DNA of 64,000 nucleotides, from the NCBI GenBank assembly GCA_002633005.1, contig NMRA01000138.1:804795-868794 (forward strand). Direction: 5' to 3'. Below are positions 60,601 to 64,000 of this stretch, piece by piece. The translations under genes and the position numbers were made by a program. This stretch comes from Phoronis australis (lineage: Eukaryota; Animalia; Phoronida). Within the stretch, counting starts at the first letter, position 1; every line of letters begins with the position of its first letter. The notes beneath the pieces are model-generated. The model did no database searches and was not told where the DNA came from. It saw only the letters and a list, made by a program, of their open reading frames with translations.

Positions 60601-62425
60601 CATGTGAGTTTTTCGTGGAATATTTTCATCGAAATTTTCGCTCAAGTGAAGAAAGCTAATAATTTTTCAATTTTTTTCATGTGTGTGATAAATTTTCGAG
60701 ATTCTTGATAAACTTATGCAAAAAGGCTTACCTGAACAGCTCATAAGTGACATGTGCTTGTTTGGCCCAAAGCCAATGGTTAAGCCCCTGTAGGTCCTCC
60801 GCAAATTTTTTAAAATGGAGTTGACCAGTTTTGATGTCGATTATGTAGACGAAGTGGGGACTAATTGTCGGCAATGGTATTCAGAAATTCTTTGAAGTTG
60901 TTTTGAGTAAAAATGTCGACCCGTCTGACTTCTATTTTGTCTGGATTTGGAAATGCCACCATTTTGAAACCACTTATCAATCCACTTCCAAGTCAAAATT
61001 TTTGCTAAGCACATGTTCTTAGCACTTGTTCTTAGCACATGCCCTTAAATTCTTTCATCTCACTAAAGCACTAAAGCAGCTGAATTAGACTTAAATAGCA
61101 ACTTAACGTCGACTACTTTGAGTGTCTTGATAATTGCTGGATTATTTCAGTTATTTCATCTTTAGTTCAAGTATGTTTATTCAGAATTTGGGCACCATAT
61201 GGTTGATGGATATTGATTCATAGAGGGATGACTTTGATATCTAACCAGCCTACTGATTTGTAATTGGTTGAAGGTAATTTAGCCAAACCTGAACCCCCTC
61301 TGGGTGAATACTGGACCTCCTCTGGGTGATTGCTGGACCCCCTCTGGGTGAATACTGGACCCCCTCTGGGTGAATGCTGAACCCCTTCTGGGTGATTGCG
61401 GGACCCACTGTGGGTGAATGTGACTTTTGTATACACTCAGGTTTTGTTGACCATCGTATTATAGGTATTGAAGGTTGTAAAGGTGCCCCTCCAATCCAAC
61501 CCCTGGAGACCCTTCACAACTCACTAACCCTCAGCCACATGGAACAGTTCCTGGCTAGGATGGTCAACACAAAATTCAAGACGCCAGTGCCATCCCCTCC
61601 ACGCCAGCCGTCCACGCCCCGTATGTATGATGCGCGGCCGGTGCTACCTCCCCCACCTTCATATTCCAGTCAGCAAAGCTCAGTGGAAAGAGGTCAGTAC
61701 AATGTGGACATCTCTAGGTACAGTATTGACCATAACTTATGAAATTAGCACTGCTGCATGCATGACAAGCCATAGGTTCCAATGATCATCTACTTGAAAT
61801 TAACGGCATCATGTAATTGCAATGGTGAAATCTATCTTACCAGTACTCCCTCTGAGCAAGGATAAAAATTGATTTCTATCCTTGCCAAATGCCAGCAGTT
61901 AGTGGCACTTAGTTGTTGCAGTGTGTAGGATACCAACGGAATATGGTCATTTTGGAAAGTTCAAAGGTTGTACTTGCGGCAAATATTCGGTCGATTTTCT
62001 AATCAAGTTTAAAAAAAAATGGTCTTTAGCCCTGGCTAGTGTCAGTATCTCATTCTGAATCTAGCCTTGCTCTTGGTAACATACTTAAATGGTTGAGACA
62101 GTTGTAGTTAGAACACTGAGACATACTGAAGCTGCAATCTATGAACAGAAAGTCATCGGAAGAAAAGGAGTCGTCAAACATGTGTATGCCTTGTATGCCA
62201 AATGTTTGATTAAACCTGGAATTTTATGTTTCAGGTGTCAGCTACCCTTCATCAGCAAGCTCTAGTGCAGGTCCAGACTCGCCCTCTAGTGTCTCAATTA
62301 CTGATGATGTATTCCAACGCCTTCTACAGTCAATAGGTAGTCATGCCAACCAGCCAACAAGCAGTTGTGCTACCGACAGTAATTTAACTGATGCCTTGAT
62401 GGACACAAGTTCAAATACAAAATGA
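21654..62425 (+). CDS. PPIP5K: PPIP5K/VIP1 bifunctional inositol hexakisphosphate and diphosphoinositol-pentakisphosphate kinase / histidine acid phosphatase, spliced gene (about 28 coding exons, about 1248 aa)
   Basis: Phase-consistent GT-AG exon chain (listed below) reproducing PPIP5K motifs: [99 protein letters not shown]. The first exon is inferred. Confidence 0.95.
22690..22745 (-). mobile_element. tRNA-derived SINE head fragment
   Basis: B-box GGTTCGATTCCC on the minus strand; no complete cloverleaf. Confidence 0.4.
25246..25541 (+). CDS. PPIP5K: PPIP5K exon ([16 protein letters not shown]...YVIQDR)
   Basis: ttcag| acceptor, AG|GTGTGT donor; phase 0 to 2. Confidence 0.95.
26487..26785. 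repeat. Minisatellite, unit about 54-56 bp, about 5.5 copies
   Basis: tttatagcagtaagtcagtgatctgaatcaacac(at)agtttatagcagtaagt repeated. Confidence 0.95.
26888..26970 (+). CDS. PPIP5K: PPIP5K exon ([27 protein letters not shown])
   Basis: cacag| acceptor, G|GTCTGT donor; phase 2 to 1. Confidence 0.92.
27574..27731 (+). CDS. PPIP5K: PPIP5K exon (MCKITE...KPFVEKP...[10 protein letters not shown])
   Basis: tag| acceptor, GTTAGT donor; phase 1 to 0. Confidence 0.95.
27858..28590 (+). mobile_element. Helentron-associated (HINE/DINE-1-like) non-autonomous element, degenerate
   Basis: T-run plus cccac...gtggg subterminal stem, gtct/gtcc microsatellite, and internal units containing gtgcc.cctagt. 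Same family as 36996-38294. Confidence 0.55.
28728..28829 (+). CDS. PPIP5K: PPIP5K exon ([10 protein letters not shown]...[13 protein letters not shown])
   Basis: ccag| acceptor, GTAAAG donor; phase 0 to 0. Confidence 0.96.
29299..29386. repeat. 31-bp tandem repeat overlapping an exon acceptor
   Basis: ggtacatgttctgggtgtatacagtgtacat twice, plus a third copy that contains the real ctag|GTGTATACAGTG junction. Confidence 0.9.
29375..29536 (+). CDS. PPIP5K: PPIP5K exon ([21 protein letters not shown]...ISLAFK)
   Basis: ctag| acceptor, GTATTT donor; phase 0 to 0. Confidence 0.96.
30245..30366 (+). CDS. PPIP5K: PPIP5K exon ([11 protein letters not shown]...[10 protein letters not shown]...CAKILG)
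   Basis: gcag| acceptor, GTAATG donor; phase 0 to 2. Confidence 0.96.
31154..31255 (+). CDS. PPIP5K: PPIP5K exon ([10 protein letters not shown]...[10 protein letters not shown])
   Basis: tcag| acceptor, GTAAGT donor; phase 2 to 2. Confidence 0.95.
31518..31604 (+). CDS. PPIP5K: PPIP5K exon with phosphatase catalytic motif ([25 protein letters not shown])
   Basis: RHGxRxP intact; phase 2 to 2. Confidence 0.97.
32316..32510 (+). CDS. PPIP5K: PPIP5K exon (FFDLFQKHG...[10 protein letters not shown]...LKFVLEM)
   Basis: gtcag| acceptor, GTACGT donor; phase 2 to 2. Confidence 0.95.
33665..33747 (+). CDS. PPIP5K: PPIP5K exon ([17 protein letters not shown]...SSDD)
   Basis: ctag| acceptor, GTAAGT donor; phase 2 to 1. 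Confidence 0.95.
33878..35047 (+). mobile_element. Helentron-associated (HINE/DINE-1-like) element, degenerate
   Basis: T-run plus ccaca...tgtggg stem, internal units (gatctgactact...gtgccctctagtggc), 3' tgtgggtgcat repeat and a cttgtt end. Confidence 0.5.
35445..35567 (+). CDS. PPIP5K: PPIP5K exon ([18 protein letters not shown]...RCMYPGGH)
   Basis: acag| acceptor, G|GTCTGT donor; phase 1 to 1. Confidence 0.95.
36996..38294 (+). mobile_element. Helentron-associated (HINE/DINE-1-like) element with internal tandem units of about 140-160 bp
   Basis: T-rich flank, cccacat...atgtgg stem, (ccgt/gtcc)n microsatellite at 37044-37100, about 7 recurrences of gtgcc(c/t)cctagtggc...atgaaatt units, and a ctcttgtt end. 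Confidence 0.7.
39326..39447 (+). CDS. PPIP5K: PPIP5K exon ([40 protein letters not shown])
   Basis: ccag| acceptor, GTGGGC donor; phase 1 to 0. Confidence 0.96.
39941..40053 (+). CDS. PPIP5K: PPIP5K exon ([27 protein letters not shown]...)
   Basis: ttag| acceptor, GTGAGT donor; phase 0 to 2. Confidence 0.96.
40643..40709 (+). CDS. PPIP5K: PPIP5K exon ([22 protein letters not shown])
   Basis: ccag| acceptor, GTCTGT donor; phase 2 to 0. Confidence 0.92.
41400..41544 (+). CDS. PPIP5K: PPIP5K exon ([19 protein letters not shown]...EAAGGV)
   Basis: ccag| acceptor, G|GTAAGA donor; phase 0 to 1. Confidence 0.92.
42305..42531 (+). CDS. PPIP5K: PPIP5K exon ([20 protein letters not shown]...[10 protein letters not shown]...ADIVIPL)
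   Basis: gcag| acceptor, GTGAGT donor; phase 1 to 0. Confidence 0.96.
43173..43248 (+). CDS. PPIP5K: PPIP5K duplicated alternative exon A1 ([25 protein letters not shown])
   Basis: ctcttttttag| acceptor, phase 0; 12/25 aa identical to the exon at 43266; candidate donor G|GTTGGT (phase 1). Confidence 0.75.
43266..43396 (+). CDS. PPIP5K: PPIP5K exon B ([44 protein letters not shown])
   Basis: tacag| acceptor, AG|GTAGTA donor; phase 0 to 2. Matches the canonical EYGI...EKL.IA....PL.RKI.SDL segment. Confidence 0.92.
44074..44161 (+). CDS. PPIP5K: PPIP5K candidate alternative exon A2 ([30 protein letters not shown])
   Basis: tgttcactcag| acceptor, AG|GTCTGA donor, 88 nt open, phase 1 to 2. This exactly bridges exon A1 to the exon at 47658; TRLSPV aligns with TRLDS in exon B. 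Confidence 0.55.
45250..45462 (-). mobile_element. tRNA-derived SINE; related head at 28580-28631
   Basis: Minus strand begins AGGAGGCAGTGTG with A-box-like and B-box-like (GGATTCGAGA) motifs. The same 5' 13-mer occurs at 28619-28631. Confidence 0.55.
46174..46453. mobile_element. Degenerate MITE (GGCCAAA...TTTGGCC termini; TGA/TAA flanks), PIF/Harbinger-like
   Basis: Short terminal inverted repeats and imperfect 3-bp flanks. Confidence 0.4.
46575..46685. repeat. 36-bp tandem repeat x3
   Basis: tgtcagactagcaactatggctttgagattatgtga three times. Confidence 0.95.
47658..47772 (+). CDS. PPIP5K: PPIP5K exon ([38 protein letters not shown])
   Basis: ctag| acceptor, GTAAGT donor; phase 2 to 0; carries the second phosphatase His motif. 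Confidence 0.96.
48139..48393. repeat. 18-bp minisatellite, about 14 copies
   Basis: ggtgtatagcccagcgca unit. Confidence 0.97.
49056..49163 (+). CDS. PPIP5K: PPIP5K exon ([14 protein letters not shown]...[18 protein letters not shown])
   Basis: gtag| acceptor, GTAAAT donor; phase 0 to 0. Confidence 0.96.
49883..50005 (+). CDS. PPIP5K: PPIP5K exon ([18 protein letters not shown]...[12 protein letters not shown])
   Basis: ctag| acceptor, GTATGC donor; phase 0 to 0. Confidence 0.95.
50131..50378. repeat. Long imperfect inverted repeat (arms about 120 bp) with degenerate hammerhead-like motifs, probably Penelope pLTR-derived
   Basis: gtggaatggcaggtaactggagcctcg pairs with cgaggctccagttacccgccattccac; gagaccttc pairs with gaaggtctc. 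An N lies at 50325. Confidence 0.75.
50772..50951 (+). CDS. PPIP5K: PPIP5K C-terminal disordered-region exon (LSCADLSES...HGKKEQ)
   Basis: ccag| acceptor, GTAAGA donor; 180 nt open, phase 0 to 0. Confidence 0.8.
51591..52098. mobile_element. 508-bp non-autonomous hAT-like DNA transposon with 6-bp TSD
   Basis: 13-bp perfect TIR CAGGGCTTGGAAT/ATTCCAAGCCCTG; CAATAC duplicated at 51585-51590 and 52099-52104. It interrupts a 27-bp tandem repeat (51531-51590 and 52099-52157). Confidence 0.88.
52354..52483 (+). CDS. PPIP5K: PPIP5K C-terminal exon (DPVVTSG...[15 protein letters not shown])
   Basis: gtag| acceptor, G|GTATGA donor; phase 0 to 1, open frame. Confidence 0.8.
53972..54091 (+). CDS. PPIP5K: PPIP5K C-terminal exon (KVPLTPSP...[11 protein letters not shown])
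   Basis: tcag| acceptor, G|GTAGGC donor; phase 1 to 1. Confidence 0.8.
54641..57592. repeat. About 1.19-kb tandem duplication joined by an N (54641-56407 and 56409-57592); probably two haplotypes
   Basis: Near-identical copies with scattered SNPs and indels; single N at 56408. Confidence 0.9.
55660..56232. mobile_element. 573-bp PIF/Harbinger-type MITE
   Basis: TIR of about 42 bp (GGGCTGTTCCAG(T/C)AAAATCT...GGAAGGCA); TTA TSD at 55657-55659 and 56233-56235; empty site visible at 57418-57420. Confidence 0.95.
57989..58075 (+). CDS. PPIP5K: PPIP5K C-terminal exon ([28 protein letters not shown])
   Basis: ttttccag| acceptor, G|GTAAGT donor; phase 1 to 1. Confidence 0.78.
58663..58752 (+). CDS. 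PPIP5K: PPIP5K C-terminal exon ([29 protein letters not shown])
   Basis: Conserved [13 protein letters not shown] motif; phase 1 to 1. Confidence 0.9.
59232..59379. repeat. 32-bp tandem repeat, about 4.5 copies
   Basis: tgac(c/t)tctattg(g/t)ctctatgataatataccag unit. Confidence 0.95.
61289..61420. repeat. 22-bp tandem repeat x6 just upstream of an acceptor
   Basis: ctggaccccctctgggtgaata unit. Confidence 0.93.
61441..61692 (+). CDS. PPIP5K: PPIP5K C-terminal exon ([37 protein letters not shown]...SSVER)
   Basis: Conserved EGC..P.I.PLETLHN.L.L...FL motif; phase 1 to 1. An in-frame alternative acceptor is possible at 61465. Confidence 0.92.
62235..62425 (+). CDS. PPIP5K: PPIP5K terminal coding exon ([16 protein letters not shown]...SSNTK*)
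   Basis: tcag| acceptor, phase 1; SSAGP.SP motif; TGA at 62423-62425. Confidence 0.82.
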
Positions 62426-62788
62426 TGGATTTTAGAATGTGACCAAATAATGATGTCTTAGTGATTTCCCGCTGTCTTGGGTTATATAATTGTATGGGTA
62501 TAAGCACTTTAGTTTTATGAAATACATTGTTCTTGAGGACATTCATTAGTCTTCTAATTTTACCTAGTTATCTAATTTATTGTTATACTGTATGCGCGAA
62601 GTTTTGCCTATGCCTGCACTTAAGCGCATGAATCTATGTGGGAAGCTATGGCTATGTCTAGAATGATGTGCATACACTTAATGGGAAACTTGTGCGTAAA
62701 GCCAAGGAGCAAATGGTTAAACAAGTGTTTCGCTATGTTTTGTTGGCGAAAAATTGAATTTGTAAAAACAACTATGGTTTTAAATCGA

Positions 62789-62833
62789 CTTGACATGTTT
62801 CCGTGTCATTTATTCAAACACCATCATCAGAAG
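62789..62833 (-). ncRNA. Minimal type-I hammerhead ribozyme motif (PLE-associated), one stem-II mismatch
   Basis: CTT-CTGATGA-T-GGTGT-(11 nt)-ACACG-GAAAC-AT-GTC-AAG. Confidence 0.7.
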
Positions 62834-63148
62834 AGAGATTATAGTGGCCAGCTAGCTAGGCCCAGCAACAAGTATTGAAGCAAAGATACAGTCAGCTTAC
62901 AGGGAGTGACAATAAACTAGAACAACAATGACAACCTGTGGTGTGCCAGTTGCTTATTGAGACTGGGCTTGCACCAACTGATGTGTAGAGCCTTTGTTGT
63001 TTCTGCCTGGTCTATTATTGCAAAGTCATTGAAAGAGCACTGCTGATAACAATGATTGAAGCTCTGTAGATGAATATTTACATGTGAACCTCTGTCAGAA
63101 TTTAGATATTCCCTAGTCCTGGTTTTCAAATGGCGAACAGTTTTCTTT

Positions 63149-63193
63149 CTTCTGATGATTGTGTTTGAATAAATGACACCGAAACATGTCAAG
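63149..63193 (+). ncRNA. Minimal type-I hammerhead ribozyme motif (PLE-associated), one stem-II mismatch
   Basis: CTT-CTGATGA-T-TGTGT-(11 nt)-ACACC-GAAAC-AT-GTC-AAG; predicted cleavage after C63190. Confidence 0.7.
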
Positions 63194-63333
63194 TCGATTT
63201 AAAACTGTGGTTGTTTTTAGTAATATATGGTGCTACTTGCTATCAAATCGAATTAGGCTTTTTACTTTCATAAAATTGATGTTGTAATTTTCCTTGCCAT
63301 GACACAATTCTATTTCGATTACTGACAAGAGTT

Positions 63334-63412
63334 AAAACCATCAGTGACTCAAGAAAATATTTCAGAGTTTATTTGGATTAGCCAACTCTAACATTGTGAA
63401 TTCAAAAATGGC
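63334..63412 (+). repeat. Dispersed repeat; related copy near 1105-1185
   Basis: aaac.atcagtgactcaagaaa...cagagttt.attgg...caac.ctaa.attg...aaaatggc is shared. Confidence 0.7.
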
Positions 63413-64000
63413 TCCTGACTTGAGTTAGAGACAGGAGTGGAATCATAATTATATGAGAGTAACAGGTCTAATTTGATTTTCATTAATCAGCTAAATAGTG
63501 TTTGGAAATAGCAAGGGAGTAAAGCTCGACGTATAGTTGTGTGGGCACATGGGCCTAAATAAGTGCATAATTATTATGTAACAACGTTAGGGTCCTCTGT
63601 CATCGTTCATTACTTTCTGAACTGCTGTGGTAGTTGTTCAGATTGTTCATATTTTAGGTGAATGGTTGCCACAGCCGAGGCAACAGTTCTTGGAAATTTT
63701 CTTTCAATTATCCGTGTATATGAACATGCATATCTTAAACCCCTGTGGAAATATAGATCCCAAACATTTTTAAGTCTGGTGTGGCCAACAGGTGGCATGC
63801 AAACCAGACTTAAAAATGTTTGCAATTATCAAATGCACTGATACACATTTCTGACATAGTCAGTATTCCAAGTGTCAGTTAGTGCCATAAGTTTCACCAT
63901 AGTCAGATAATTTGGATTAATAGAGTAATTGTACATATGTATCACAGAGGTTGTAAAGTAAAAGTATTACAAAATGTGCTTCTGGTATGAAATCCAATAA

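Larger units (their letters stand above)
62763..63219 (-). mobile_element. Penelope-like element (PLE) remnant: GIY-YIG C-terminus plus pLTR, with an inverted pLTR copy
   Basis: Minus-strand TVRHLKTRTREYLNSDRGSHVNIHL...C...CSFNDFAIIDQA...ALHISWCKPSLNKQ...LSLLF* (62917-63146), flanked by 73-bp inverted repeats at 62763-62835 and 63147-63219. Confidence 0.85.

Noticed and set aside
512-63825. The many short ORFs in the six-frame track outside the called exons and elements
   Set aside because: Mostly TTG/GTG starts, low complexity, or antisense to real exons or repeats; consistent with chance ORFs in AT-rich introns.

Overview
AT-rich animal (invertebrate-like) genomic DNA with GT-AG introns. 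From left to right the window holds: (1) the first coding exon of a TMEM63/CSC1/OSCA channel gene on the minus strand (CDS 1965-2105; the rest lies off the left edge); (2) an L1/Tx1-type LINE 3' fragment; (3) a full-length Ty3/Gypsy LTR retrotransposon (9039-16026, minus) with a 4-bp TSD, tRNA-His PBS, PPT, a gag/pol -1 frameshift hairpin and two probable lesions; (4) an apparently complete, about 28-exon PPIP5K/VIP1 inositol pyrophosphate kinase/phosphatase gene on the plus strand (about 21654-62425, about 1248 aa by my exon sum), probably head-to-head with TMEM63. The introns carry MITEs, Helentron-like elements, SINE heads, minisatellites and one duplicated segment joined by an N. The two most notable signals are a duplicated, apparently mutually exclusive exon cassette in the PPIP5K phosphatase domain (43173-44161) and Penelope-like remnants carrying minimal hammerhead ribozyme motifs, one just 3' of the PPIP5K stop. 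All exon calls are manual (splice sites, reading phase, recalled homology); no database search was run.
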